From a virus: 64,000 nucleotides of DNA. The notes under the pieces are model-generated. The model did no database searches and was not told the origin of the DNA. It worked only from the letters and a program-made list of their open reading frames with translations. Both the position numbers and the translations under genes were made by a program. The DNA is taken from IMG/VR virus record IMGVR_UViG_3300011115_001056, positions 32,001 to 96,000 of that record. One strand, written 5' to 3'. This document shows positions 1-9,881 of the stretch, piece after piece; positions within the stretch are counted from its first letter, which is position 1; the number at the start of each line of letters is the position of its first letter.

Positions 1-3000
1 CAGAGCCATTTTAATTATGATGGTACAGGGATTAATTCTGATAATAATTCACATTCAGCCAATCAGGTTTATTTTGATAATGAAAATGTGTCCGCAGTCC
101 TAGACTCCTCTTCCGTGCAGGGTGCTATAGAGGAATTGGCAGGCGGAAGCGATGCGGCAATAAGAAGGAACTTGTCATATTTAACAAAAAACGGAGTTGT
201 TAGATATGGAAATACAAATGATGCTTTTTCTAGCAAATCTCTTGAGGAAATATTAGTCTCATCTTCTAGAATATCATTCTCAGAAACATCATCAAGCACA
301 TCATCTATATCATTTGATCTAACTCCATCAATTACTAAACCAATATCAAAATTTGACATCTTAACAATCTCAAGTGCAATATCAGATTTAGACAATAAAA
401 GTTTTTATATATCAGAAGTAATTGCAAGCGGAGATACCTTAGTAGAAATAAAGGTATATGGAAAGCTTTACAGCAGCTCTGCTGGAATTGCATTGGGAAC
501 AATAACAAAAAATAATTTTAAAAATCTTAATCCAAATGGACTAAATTCAACATTCAGACTAAGAAACGGATATTCTAATACCCCAGATGTAATTGTTGCA
601 AATCCAAATTCTGCAACGATAACTTCATTTGGGTTAAGAACAGATCTAATTATCCCAACCTCAGATTCTTTTAAAATTCAAGTTGACGATTATTCTGAAG
701 TTACCATATCTTGTTATAATAGTGTTTCTGGAATAATTCAGACAATTGATTCAATAATTGATAAAATAAATGAGCAACTGGTCGCCAATCATTTGGCAGC
801 CTTTGCATATAAGACAAGGCTTAAGAATTGTTATGAAATATCAATAGCTCATGTTATTCCAAATTTTAGCGGAGATATAAAAAATAGAACTTTAAAAATC
901 TCTCCAGCCGATACGAATGATGGATTTAGCTCTTTAGGTTTTTCATACTTAGAATATGAAACTTCAAAATATGAAACTATTCAAGGCTCTTTTGGAAACT
1001 CTACCTTTATAAATGGAAAGTTATTTAGAGATTTTCAAAAAACAATTATATTATCAAGTTTAGAAGCTTCTTTTGGCTCCGGATCTGCTAGAATAAATTC
1101 TTTAACTGATGACTTTTTAAATTTAGATATTAGGCCTGGAGATTTGGTAGTAGTTACCGGATCATCTGATGTACAAGATGACGGTTTATTTTGCATAAAA
1201 TCGGTCTCTATATCTGAAATGATATTGGATGCTCCAACGGGATTTGAATTTCTAGGAAGCCTATCCTCTTCATCTTCCGTCTTAATAATGAGAAGCTCTG
1301 CCCCAGTTTCTGAGCTAAACTTTGAAGAGGTTGATGGGGCGACCGGCCTTATGATGGTCGATGTCTTTGCAACGGAAGATTCTGATATTTTTTACTCCAA
1401 GAGATTAGAGATTAGTAATGTACTATCATCTACTGGATTTTATGCAGTAATAATTGATGTTTCAAGGGACTTTATAAAGTCAGGAGAGACTTTTTATCTA
1501 AAGATAACTAGTTCTGGTATGGCATACCTAGAGGACTCCACCTCAAATACAGGCGAACAGATTTTTGTAGGAAATTATCTAACCACACAAGCCGATGGAG
1601 TATTTAAGGTAAAGTCTCCAGATGGCGGATCTTTTGTAACAATAAGAGTTTTTGCCACAAGCAATCCAACTACCAGCCTAGAGTGTACTATTCATGGAAA
1701 CTATGAAGTTGCCAAAAATTCTCTTCATTTGTCCAGATGTCTTTTTTCAAACGCAACCGGCAGAATATTTGGATCAACTGTTCCAGCAACAATTCCATCC
1801 ATAATTGACAAGAGAAATTTTGGAACAATAGATATTGAACAAATTTGTCCAGCATTTGTTGAGAGATATATTGAAGGACCAAGAAATGAGCTTCGTTCCT
1901 CTGGTGTTATATTAGGCTGTGAACTATCATTAGTATCTTTATCTACAGATGATATCGGAAATTACGTAGAAATTAATGTATCTTCCGGGGTATGTATTTC
2001 ATCCGGAATAAGAGTAGAATTTTCAGGGATACTTGGATTTAAAGCCAGGGTTGGAACACTATCTTATTTCTGTATAAATGAAGCAGGATGTATTGAGGCT
2101 GGAGATCAAATTGCTCCAGCGTCAGGAATGTTCATTGGAATTTCTCCATTTATAAACAGAAGAGTTACTCATTTAGCATTTTTAGATATTTTTGGTGAAA
2201 TTAAAGATTTAAGATTTTTTATCAATAATCTTGATGGAAAATTAAGCCATAATATTATTGTTGCAAAATCAGAATCATTAGGTCACTTTACCGATATTCA
2301 AAAAGCAATAAATTACTGCTCATTATTTTATCAAGTTAACTATGGTAGAGATACCGATAACTATACATATTCTCCTTCTATTTTAATTAGAGAAGGAGAA
2401 TATACTATAGATGCTCCAATTATTATAGAAAATGATATAACAATTAGTGGAGTTGGAAAAAGTACGGTATTAAAGAGAGGAGATAGTATAACTAATTGCT
2501 CAAGATTTGCTACTACGCCAGATCCTCTAACCTCAATTTTTATTATTGGAAATGGTCCAGGCATAGTTAAATCTTATAATACAAATGCTTCTTATTCTAC
2601 TTTTGATTTTGGAGTAACAATAAAAGATTTAAGCTATTATTCTCCAACTCTTACCTCCGCCTCTAGAACCTCCTTCTGTATATTTCAGGGTGAAAATGGC
2701 AGTAGTAGTACTTCATCAACCTTTACTTTTCAAAACATATCTGCCACCGGCGCTCCAGAAAGAGAAACTGATGCTACAATAGCGGAGTATTTCTTAGTTG
2801 TAGCAAGAATAAGCGCAACTAGTGGTACAGAAGTAGACAGAATTGACAAAATTTCTAAAATATTTATTACTTCAAACTTTATGAAGAGAATTGGTGCTTA
2901 TCATAGTGGCAATATTCCAGAAAATATAGCTGTAGATTTTACAAATCAGTATATTACTAGTGCGGCATTTGTATCAGATATACAGGACATAATATGCACC

Positions 3001-3126
3001 TCTAATATCTGTGTGGGCATCGCCCCAACTACGGGCGAATCTTCTTCAATATTAAGAACATCCTTCCAGTATGCAAACCTTTTGGGTATAATAGAGGCAT
3101 CAAACGTAACTAGATCTAGCTTATAG
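1..3126 (+). CDS. Virion structural protein (fibre/spike-like) with C-terminal parallel beta-helix; 5'-truncated by window edge
   Basis: Frame is open from base 1 (QSHFNYDG...HSANQVYFDNENVSAVLDSSSVQGAIEEL), so the GTG at 88 is probably internal. The AxxVxFDN...VQxAIEEL motif is typical of phage fibre proteins. The C-terminal GHFTDIQKAIN...ILIREGEYTIDAPIIIENDITISGVGKSTVLK is the usual entry into a pectate-lyase-like beta-helix. Confidence 0.6.
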   Translation, partial: QSHFNYDGTGINSDNNSHSANQVYFDNENVSAVLDSSSVQGAIEELAGGSDAAIRRNLSYLTKNGVVRYGNTNDAFSSKSLEEILVSSSRISFSETSSSTSSISFDLTPSITKPISKFDILTISSAISDLDNKSFYISEVIASGDTLVEIKVYGKLYSSSAGIALGTITKNNFKNLNPNGLNSTFRLRNGYSNTPDVIVANPNSATITSFGLRTDLIIPTSDSFKIQVDDYSEVTISCYNSVSGIIQTIDSIIDKINEQLVANHLAAFAYKTRLKNCYEISIAHVIPNFSGDIKNRTLKISPADTNDGFSSLGFSYLEYETSKYETIQGSFGNSTFINGKLFRDFQKTIILSSLEASFGSGSARINSLTDDFLNLDIRPGDLVVVTGSSDVQDDGLFCIKSVSISEMILDAPTGFEFLGSLSSSSSVLIMRSSAPVSELNFEEVDGATGLMMVDVFATEDSDIFYSKRLEISNVLSSTGFYAVIIDVSRDFIKSGETFYLKITSSGMAYLEDSTSNTGEQIFVGNYLTTQADGVFKVKSPDGGSFVTIRVFATSNPTTSLECTIHGNYEVAKNSLHLSRCLFSNATGRIFGSTVPATIPSIIDKRNFGTIDIEQICPAFVERYIEGPRNELRSSGVILGCELSLVSLSTDDIGNYVEINVSSGVCISSGIRVEFSGILGFKARVGTLSYFCINEAGCIEAGDQIAPASGMFIGISPFINRRVTHLAFLDIFGEIKDLRFFINNLDGKLSHNIIVAKSESLGHFTDIQKAINYCSLFYQVNYGRDTDNYTYSPSILIREGEYTIDAPIIIENDITISGVGKSTVLKRGDSITNCSRFATTPDPLTSIFIIGNGPGIVKSYNTNASYSTFDFGVTIKDLSYYSPTLTSASRTSFCIFQGENGSSSTSSTFTFQNISATGAPERETDATIAEYFLVVARISATSGTEVDRIDKISKIFITSNFMKRIGAYHSGNIPENIAVDFTNQYITSAAFVSDIQDIICTSNICVGIAPTTGESSSILRTSFQYANLLGIIEASNVTRSSL

Positions 3127-3135
3127 TGGGTGCTC

Positions 3136-3690
3136 ATGGCGGGAGAGGAAAAGACAGCTCTAGAAATAATTCTAGAATTACCATCTATTTTGAAAAAAAT
3201 AGAAAATAAAATTGACGTATTAGATACAAATTTAAAAATATTAAATACAAAGCTAAATAAGATTAAAGCTCAAGAAATAATCTCAGACTCAAAGCAAGAG
3301 ATAAGGCCTCAAGCAGCACAAGCACAAGCAGTAGCCGAAGATCAGACTAAATCTGAAGGTACAATGCGCCCTACCGCAACTCCAGGGCCAACAGAGTCTG
3401 TATCTGGAGGTATGCCAAACCTAAAACCAATCCAAAAACTAATACTTGGCTCAATAAAGGTATTTAGTAAAATAAAAACATCATCAGGAAAGGCTGTTGA
3501 TGGGATGACCATAAATGTATTCGATAAGGGAAATGAGTTAATAAGAAACTTGGTCTCTGATAAAGAAGGTTATTGGGAATGTAAGCTTCCGCCAGGAACC
3601 TACTCCATTGAAATGGTTCATCCAAAACTAAAGACAATAAATAAAGAAATTGAAATTAAAAAAGATATGAAATCTTACGAGGTAACGTAA
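3136..3690 (+). CDS. Hypothetical protein: N-terminal coiled coil plus C-terminal carboxypeptidase-regulatory/transthyretin-like beta-sandwich
   Basis: Heptad-like LKKIENKIDVLDTNLKILNTKLNKI; C-terminal GKAVDGMTINVFD...SDKEGYWECKLPPGTYSIEMVHP matches the carboxypeptidase-regulatory-like pattern. ATG at 3136 preferred over GTG at 3130. Confidence 0.55.
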   Translation: MAGEEKTALEIILELPSILKKIENKIDVLDTNLKILNTKLNKIKAQEIISDSKQEIRPQAAQAQAVAEDQTKSEGTMRPTATPGPTESVSGGMPNLKPIQKLILGSIKVFSKIKTSSGKAVDGMTINVFDKGNELIRNLVSDKEGYWECKLPPGTYSIEMVHPKLKTINKEIEIKKDMKSYEVT

Positions 3691-4073
3691 TGCTGATAAT
3701 TAAGGTTGACAAAAAAGATCTTCATGAAAATTTTGTTAAAAAAACATTTAGTTTAAATATTATATCTTATGTCAAAGATTTATTTAAAAATGAAAAATTA
3801 AATATAATTGATGATTCTAAATCTTTAGAGCTTATTACTTCTGATTTTTCTCAGAAAAATGATGGTAGTGCAACTATTGAATTAACTTTTAAAAAAGTTA
3901 TAACTATTAATAATTCAGATACAATAGATAATCATGGCCTAGATAGAATTGTTTCTGAAGTTAAAAACTTCTGTGATCAGGCAGTTAAGATAAATAACTA
4001 TGTATATTTACCCTTAAATATGAGGGAAAAGAAGAATGCCGATACTAGACCAAGCATTACCGGGCGGATCTAA
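3690..4073 (+). CDS. Hypothetical protein
   Basis: 127-aa ORF coupled to the previous gene by a TAATG stop/start overlap; no recognisable motif. Confidence 0.6.
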   Translation: MLIIKVDKKDLHENFVKKTFSLNIISYVKDLFKNEKLNIIDDSKSLELITSDFSQKNDGSATIELTFKKVITINNSDTIDNHGLDRIVSEVKNFCDQAVKINNYVYLPLNMREKKNADTRPSITGRI

Positions 4074-4842
4074 CGGGGACCACAGAGTCTTCTCCGATTT
4101 TTTTGCAAACAACTATATTGTTCAGAATGTAGCTATTGTTCAGCCAAAAAATCTATTGATCCAGTCCCTAAGAGATCTTTTTAGAAAAGATTCTATATTT
4201 ACTTATCGTGACGATGAGTATGGGTTTCCGCTTACTCCAGATTTAACAGGAAAACCTCTAGATACAGAGGAATCTACAAAAATTCTTATCTCTGATATTT
4301 ATCGTTACGATGTAAAGTTCTTTCCAGCAATAACTATAAAACATGATGGCGGATCTTATAAGCCAATTTCTTTTAATCAAGAGGGAACTTATAAATATAG
4401 AGTAGACTATATAGAAGATGCTTATGGTGGAAGAAGAAAAATTTCAACCCCAACACATAAGGTGTACGCCGGAAGATGGGAGCTTAACATTACCGTTGGA
4501 GTATATTGCGAAAGCTCATCTGAACTTCAAGAGCTCATAGATATAACCACCATGGGACTACAGTATGTCCTGTGGAATGATTTAAGGGCATCTGGCTTAT
4601 TTATTCAGGGACTATCAATAGGTGGAGAGTCGGCCGAACCATATGCCAATGATTATATTTATTCTCAAAATATAACATTAAGATGTCTATCAGAATGGCG
4701 CGTTGAAATACCACTTGAAAACATTATTGAGAAAATAATGTTTTATTTTGATTCAGTAAAAACAGAGACAGGAAATGGTGACAGTTCTGCTAATTCTGCT
4801 GTACTAAGATACAGTGACATTTTGGAACTTACTAAAATTTGA
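4036..4842 (+). CDS. Putative tail completion/terminator (neck-tail junction) protein
   Basis: Sits immediately upstream of the sheath; FFPAITI...WELNITVGVYCESSSELQELIDI pattern resembles gp15/gpU-type tail terminators. Mostly synteny-based. Confidence 0.5.
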   Translation: MPILDQALPGGSNGDHRVFSDFFANNYIVQNVAIVQPKNLLIQSLRDLFRKDSIFTYRDDEYGFPLTPDLTGKPLDTEESTKILISDIYRYDVKFFPAITIKHDGGSYKPISFNQEGTYKYRVDYIEDAYGGRRKISTPTHKVYAGRWELNITVGVYCESSSELQELIDITTMGLQYVLWNDLRASGLFIQGLSIGGESAEPYANDYIYSQNITLRCLSEWRVEIPLENIIEKIMFYFDSVKTETGNGDSSANSAVLRYSDILELTKI

Positions 4843-4893
4843 ACTACTAATAACAAATAGTCTAATTGATTTTAGATTCGGAGGTTTTTAATT

Positions 4894-7800
4894 ATGGCTA
4901 ACATTCCAGGGATAAGCGGCTACGTACAGCCAGGTACTTTTGCAAGAGACAGAGTTGTAACTCGTGGCGTTTCAATACCTGGCGGTCTTCGCATTACCTG
5001 TATTATGGGAGAAGGCCTCAAAGAAGAGGTTATTATTGATTCTGCTTTTGGTAATGGTCAGGACGGCTCTGCTGATTGCAGCCCTACCGGAAATGGCGAT
5101 AGCAAGTATTTTCAGCTTGCAGAAGCACCTGTGGTTGTGGGAAGAACAAGAGTCTACCTTAACGGCACAGAGCTTTATGGCACAGAAGGTCTTGTAGACG
5201 GAAGTTCTTTTTCTAGCAAATTCGACTTTAAACTGGATCCAGATTCTGGGTGCATTGAGCTTCAGGGAGCCTCAATTGGCGACCAAAATGGAAAGAATTA
5301 TTCTGCATCACCCTCTAATGTTGGAAACGGATCAATTGTAGATCTTCCTCCTTGTGGTGATTACCAGCTAATCTCTCTAGTAGACGCAAATGCCCTTGCA
5401 GAAAGATGGACAATAAGATGCGTTTCTGTCATTAGAGATTCTCTTGGAAATCCAATTCCAGGCCTTTCTACCTTTACAGTTTCCGGCTCCGTTTCTGGGC
5501 AAATAAAAGATTCTTCAGGATCACCAATCCTATTCCACGGAACAAATCCAGCACTCTTTAACAGGAGTGGTGGTGCAATCCCAGGAACAGCAGATATGTG
5601 TACTGACTCCTATGTTGTTGCGGATGATACCGTATACGGATTAGGATCTGCAGATGTCTCTGTTGATGATGCATCTCCAGGAACCACGGATCGCTTTCAG
5701 GTAAATACAGACTTAGTAAGTCCCGGCCAAGTACTTGTCGGAGATCATCTCTGCATTACAGCAGATGGATACAATCCTGCTGATGGAATTATGATTAAGT
5801 CACTTTCCTATAGCTCTGGAAAGACCACCATTGTTCTAGAGACAGATACTCTTGACTCTGATTTATCTAATGTTTCTTGGTCAATTAGAGCCTCAGACAT
5901 CTTTATTGATGACGTAACTGTTGCACACAATTCCTCCGGAACTCCAGCAACTGCTGGTTATTTTTCAAGTAGAGAGATTGGAAAAGTAGTTCTTCTTTGC
6001 AACGGTCCAGCTCCAGGTTATTATTTAATTAAGTCTGTAACCTCTTCTCGCAGAGTAAGAGTTCATCTTCTTGGCGATTCTGCCACTGGGTACCCAGAAA
6101 TGGCATCAGGGCTAGTTCCAGGGATTGCAGATGGTGGAGATAATATCACCTTTAGCATTCTTGAAACCAACGGTATATTAGTTTTTGGTATTAGAGAAGG
6201 ACTTGCTACAAATGTTACTGGAACAGATATTCCATTTGCAGTCGGAGATAGATTCTTCATTGATGTAAAATCTAGAATTCTAAAGAGTGGTGATAGACTT
6301 GAGTCAAAGTACATCCCAGAGCTAACTTTAAATGATCCAGAGTTTTTTGTTAGTGCAAATGATCTTTTCTCTAAGCATGGAACTCCTAGCCTAACAAACA
6401 CCTTATCTCTTGGTGCCCAAATGGCATTTGAGAATGGTGCTCCTGGACTACTTGCAATTCAATGTAAACCCGCAATCTCAAGACGTTCAAGTGCTACACT
6501 ATTCTCTGAGCAGATCAGTGGAAAGGGCGGCTTCCCAGCTTGCGGAGGTACCTATACCAACTGTCAAGTAGATGATTTATCCTTCATTATTCCAGTGCCA
6601 GCTTCTGGACTTGGAAGCGGTGCTCCAGATTCTGCCACCGGGGTAAACTTCTTTGTTACCAGACGTGGAGTTGAAACTCAGATTTTCCCCAATAAGGTAG
6701 ATTTCTACAATTCTCAATTTGAATCTGAAACTGCACAGAATGGATTTATTTCTAGCCCACAATACTCTTATTCTTATACCGTAGTTAATACTGATGTAAA
6801 AATCACCGGACAGGGAATCAGCGCAACTCTGGTAGGTTCAACAGGCTACTTTACATCCCTTGACGTAGATTTTGATAGCACAGATATTGGTAGAGTTATA
6901 GTTGTACAATCTCTAATTGAGGATGATGGCACCACCGTTGATACTACCAAGAGTGAGATTGGAACATATCTCTTTGGATCTGGAACAACTGTTGAGTTAG
7001 AAATTACTGCAATAATCAATGATAATACTGTTGAAGTACAATCTATAGAACCACTGGATTCCTTTCAGTCAACCGCTAGCGCAACTGATATCGTCTTCTT
7101 TGTTAAGGACGAATCTGACACTACTAATGTGGCTGCAAAGATTCTTCTTCATAGAGATTTAGTAGCAAGCAAAACCTTAATGCCAGGCGATGGCCTCAGA
7201 ATTTCATACATTGATGAAAAAGATGCAACCTTCTTTGATACCAACTGGTTTGAAGCCTTTGAAAGACTTGAGGCTGCAGAATGCCAGATCATTGTTCCTC
7301 TTCCAACTCAGAATATTTCTGGAATCTTCCGTGCATCAGTTTCTCACTGCGAGACTATGAGCACCATTGCCAACCAGAAGGAAAGAATGACCTTAGTTGG
7401 TGCCCAGAGAGGCCTCACCACAGCCGCGCTTCTTGGACAGAGGGAAGTAGCCATTGAGGATGTCGGTGTCCTAGAGGGCATCCAGGGCGATGATGCAACA
7501 GAAATTCTTGATGGTAATACTGAGGATCTTGTTAACTACAAACTCTCTGATAATTTCAATAGCAATCGCGCAGTTTACTTCTATCCAGATCAGATCATCA
7601 GAAATGTTTCTGGCGTAAATAACTACGTTAATGGTTTCTATATGGCCGCTGCAGCAGGAGGTTATCTTTCTGCCACACAGAATGTAGCTGTTCCCCTTAC
7701 CTTTAAAGAGCTTACTGGATTCTCCATCGGAAGAGATCGCATCTTCCGCAAACAGGTTCTTGACCAACTTGGTGGAGAGGGAGCAACTGTAGTTCAGCCA

Positions 7801-8151
7801 ATAGCTGGAGGAGGAAGGGTTCTGGCTGGTCGTACTACTAGCCACTCCGGCTTTGTAGAGGACGAAGAGATTTCAATTGTCTTTATTCGCGACAGAGTAA
7901 AGAAAGTACTCAGAGATCTTATGATGCCATTCGTTGGAACAGTTGAGGATGCAAATACTCAGGGGGTTATGACTTCTAAGGTAAAAACCATTATGAGCGG
8001 ACTAGTTTCTCAAGGTTTAATTACAGGCTTTAAGAGCATTAGAGTAGAGAAAGATAAGGTTGATCCTAGACAGTGGAACATCTATCTTCAGTTTACTCCA
8101 GCTTATCCAATCAACTATATTTTTATCGATTTAGAAATTGGAATAGCTTAG
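4894..8151 (+). CDS. Contractile tail sheath protein (1085 aa, with large insertion)
   Basis: N-terminal YVQPGTFARD; C-terminal sheath domain EEISIVFIRDRVKKVLRD...FVG...GLITGFKSIRVEKDKVDPRQWNIYLQFTPAYPINYIFIDLEI; GGAGG RBS at 4880-4884. Confidence 0.92.
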   Translation: MANIPGISGYVQPGTFARDRVVTRGVSIPGGLRITCIMGEGLKEEVIIDSAFGNGQDGSADCSPTGNGDSKYFQLAEAPVVVGRTRVYLNGTELYGTEGLVDGSSFSSKFDFKLDPDSGCIELQGASIGDQNGKNYSASPSNVGNGSIVDLPPCGDYQLISLVDANALAERWTIRCVSVIRDSLGNPIPGLSTFTVSGSVSGQIKDSSGSPILFHGTNPALFNRSGGAIPGTADMCTDSYVVADDTVYGLGSADVSVDDASPGTTDRFQVNTDLVSPGQVLVGDHLCITADGYNPADGIMIKSLSYSSGKTTIVLETDTLDSDLSNVSWSIRASDIFIDDVTVAHNSSGTPATAGYFSSREIGKVVLLCNGPAPGYYLIKSVTSSRRVRVHLLGDSATGYPEMASGLVPGIADGGDNITFSILETNGILVFGIREGLATNVTGTDIPFAVGDRFFIDVKSRILKSGDRLESKYIPELTLNDPEFFVSANDLFSKHGTPSLTNTLSLGAQMAFENGAPGLLAIQCKPAISRRSSATLFSEQISGKGGFPACGGTYTNCQVDDLSFIIPVPASGLGSGAPDSATGVNFFVTRRGVETQIFPNKVDFYNSQFESETAQNGFISSPQYSYSYTVVNTDVKITGQGISATLVGSTGYFTSLDVDFDSTDIGRVIVVQSLIEDDGTTVDTTKSEIGTYLFGSGTTVELEITAIINDNTVEVQSIEPLDSFQSTASATDIVFFVKDESDTTNVAAKILLHRDLVASKTLMPGDGLRISYIDEKDATFFDTNWFEAFERLEAAECQIIVPLPTQNISGIFRASVSHCETMSTIANQKERMTLVGAQRGLTTAALLGQREVAIEDVGVLEGIQGDDATEILDGNTEDLVNYKLSDNFNSNRAVYFYPDQIIRNVSGVNNYVNGFYMAAAAGGYLSATQNVAVPLTFKELTGFSIGRDRIFRKQVLDQLGGEGATVVQPIAGGGRVLAGRTTSHSGFVEDEEISIVFIRDRVKKVLRDLMMPFVGTVEDANTQGVMTSKVKTIMSGLVSQGLITGFKSIRVEKDKVDPRQWNIYLQFTPAYPINYIFIDLEIGIA

Positions 8152-8167
8152 TAATCTTTATTACATC

Positions 8168-8217
8168 TTTCCCCATTAATTACTAATTAAAAAAGTATAA
8201 AGTAATTAATGGGGAAA
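8168..8217 (+). promoter_or_regulatory. Perfect 17-bp inverted repeat (hairpin) sequestering the HNH start codon; -10-like box in the loop
   Basis: TTTCCCCATTAATTACT (8168-8184) is the exact reverse complement of AGTAATTAATGGGGAAA (8201-8217); 16-nt loop AATTAAAAAAGTATAA; ATG at 8209 lies in the 3' arm. Confidence 0.85.
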
Positions 8218-9153
8218 TTTATGTTTTATGCAAATTGTAAAAATTGTGAAGAAAAGATGGAATACGGCAGCCGTCAGGCTGCCAATATAGCAAAGCGTAA
8301 TGGAACACTCTGTGGGCAGTGCAGGGAAGGAATAAAATCTCAAGCAGATGAGGTTGGATCAAAAAGAAACTGCCCAGAATGCAACACGGAGCTTCAATAT
8401 AAAACAGCCGCAATCTGTAGGGCTGCCCAGAAAAAAGGTCTATCTTGTGTTAAATGTAGCAAGAAATCAGAAAATTATTCTGGGTTAAAAAGAATATGTC
8501 CATCTTGCAGCATAGAATTGATTTACAAAACTACCGATTCTGTAACAAGAGCCAATAAGCAAAACGACACCTGTAAGTCTTGTTCATTAAAAGGAAAGCG
8601 ACCATCCGAGCAATGCATGGATGCAGCAAGAGCGGCAGTAACAGGAAGAAAACTTTCCGAAGATCATATTCAAATAATAAAAAATGCAAATACTGGATTA
8701 AAAAGAAGTGAAGAAACAAAGAAAAAAATGTCAGAAGCTATGAGTGGAAGAGTTTTTTCAGAAGAAACAACTCAAAAAATGAGTAATTCTGTAAAAAATA
8801 AACCACCAATTTCCGAAGAAACTAGAGAAAAATTTGCAAGATTAAAGAGGGGAACAATTCACTCTGAAGAGTCTAGAAGAAAAATTAAAATTGCACATAA
8901 TAAGAGATTTTTTAGAGAGCCAGACTGGACCGCCCCATTTACCATGGGAGAACTGAGAACTTGGGCTTCTCGCGCAAAAAAGAAAACCCCATATTGTGAA
9001 GACTGCGGTGCAAAGGAAGAGCTTCACGCGCACCACGTAAAGCCAAAGTCAATTTATCCAAATCTTGCTTTGGATGAAAATAATGTAAAAATTTTGTGCA
9101 AAAAATGTCACATGAAATTCCATAAAATAAATGGACTTAATGATAGTCAATAA
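8209..9153 (+). CDS. Free-standing HNH homing endonuclease with Zn-ribbon repeats and NUMOD3 DNA-binding repeats
   Basis: Three CxxC...CxxC units at the N-terminus; repeated SEETKKKMS / SEETTQKMS / SEETREKF / HSEESRRKI (NUMOD3-like); C-terminal CEDCG..ELHAHHVKP..YPNLALDENNVKILCKKCHMKFH HNH motif; inserted between sheath and tube genes. Confidence 0.88.
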   Translation: MGKFMFYANCKNCEEKMEYGSRQAANIAKRNGTLCGQCREGIKSQADEVGSKRNCPECNTELQYKTAAICRAAQKKGLSCVKCSKKSENYSGLKRICPSCSIELIYKTTDSVTRANKQNDTCKSCSLKGKRPSEQCMDAARAAVTGRKLSEDHIQIIKNANTGLKRSEETKKKMSEAMSGRVFSEETTQKMSNSVKNKPPISEETREKFARLKRGTIHSEESRRKIKIAHNKRFFREPDWTAPFTMGELRTWASRAKKKTPYCEDCGAKEELHAHHVKPKSIYPNLALDENNVKILCKKCHMKFHKINGLNDSQ

Positions 9154-9253
9154 TAAAAGATAACATTTTACTATCACAAATATTTATAATAAAATAAATC
9201 TATTAATTTATATTAAAAGTAAGTAGAAGACACTCTATTCGGAGATAAACTAA

Positions 9254-9868
9254 ATGGCCTCATATCCTAGAACTGGATCTAATCTAGACTCAACCACCAA
9301 AAGCTCACTTTCAACCCAGATAATAATCATGGTTGAGAACGAACCCGTAGGTGCCATTCAATCATTTGGTGAAACTCAGTCAAGACCAATTAAACAGGTA
9401 TCAGAAGTTGGAACGGATGGTATCATCGAGCTGGTTCCTCAGGGTCCAACAAAAGTTTCCTTGTCAATAGACAGAATGTACTTTGATGGATTATCCTTAC
9501 CAGAATCATTTTCTCGTGGATTTAGAAATCTTCAATCACAAAGAATTCCTTTTGACATTGTTGTAATTGATCAGTTTACTGGGTCTGGAAATGATGCAAT
9601 TATAACCACCTATCATAACTGCTGGTTTAACAATCTTTCAATCACTTATTCTGCCTCTGATTACACCATTGCTCAAAGAGCTGGCGTAGACTGCGAATAT
9701 GTCTCTACCATTAGAGGCGGAGAAGCAATAGCACTCAGCCAGGGAGTTGGTGGTGGCAGACAGATTCCAGGAGTACAGCTTGACGAAGCAGAGACTGCAG
9801 CAGATTCTGGAGCAAACGGTAGAAGAGGATCTCTAGATTATCCCGGATTAATTTCAGCCGCTTACTAG
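9254..9868 (+). CDS. Tail tube protein
   Basis: Follows the sheath; VGAIQSFGETQSR...EVGTDG..ELVP..LSIDR...PFDIVVID...TYHNCWFNNLSITY pattern of gp19-like tube folds; GGAG RBS at 9241. Confidence 0.85.
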   Translation: MASYPRTGSNLDSTTKSSLSTQIIIMVENEPVGAIQSFGETQSRPIKQVSEVGTDGIIELVPQGPTKVSLSIDRMYFDGLSLPESFSRGFRNLQSQRIPFDIVVIDQFTGSGNDAIITTYHNCWFNNLSITYSASDYTIAQRAGVDCEYVSTIRGGEAIALSQGVGGGRQIPGVQLDEAETAADSGANGRRGSLDYPGLISAAY

Positions 9869-9881
9869 TCTTAAATAAATC

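Noticed and set aside
88-90. GTG at 88 as the start of the first gene
   Set aside because: The frame is open from base 1 and the fibre-like motif spans the GTG, so the real start is probably upstream of the window.
8149-9176. Imperfect inverted complementarity flanking the HNH gene (ATCTTTATTA / TAATAAAAGAT) and a TGATAGT/ACTATCA stem around its stop
   Set aside because: Short, imperfect and almost all A/T; expected by chance at this composition.
8152-9253. Group I intron or IS element around the HNH gene
   Set aside because: Sheath and tube ORFs are both complete, the flanks are too short (57 and 100 nt) for a ribozyme core, and there is no transposase or clear target duplication.
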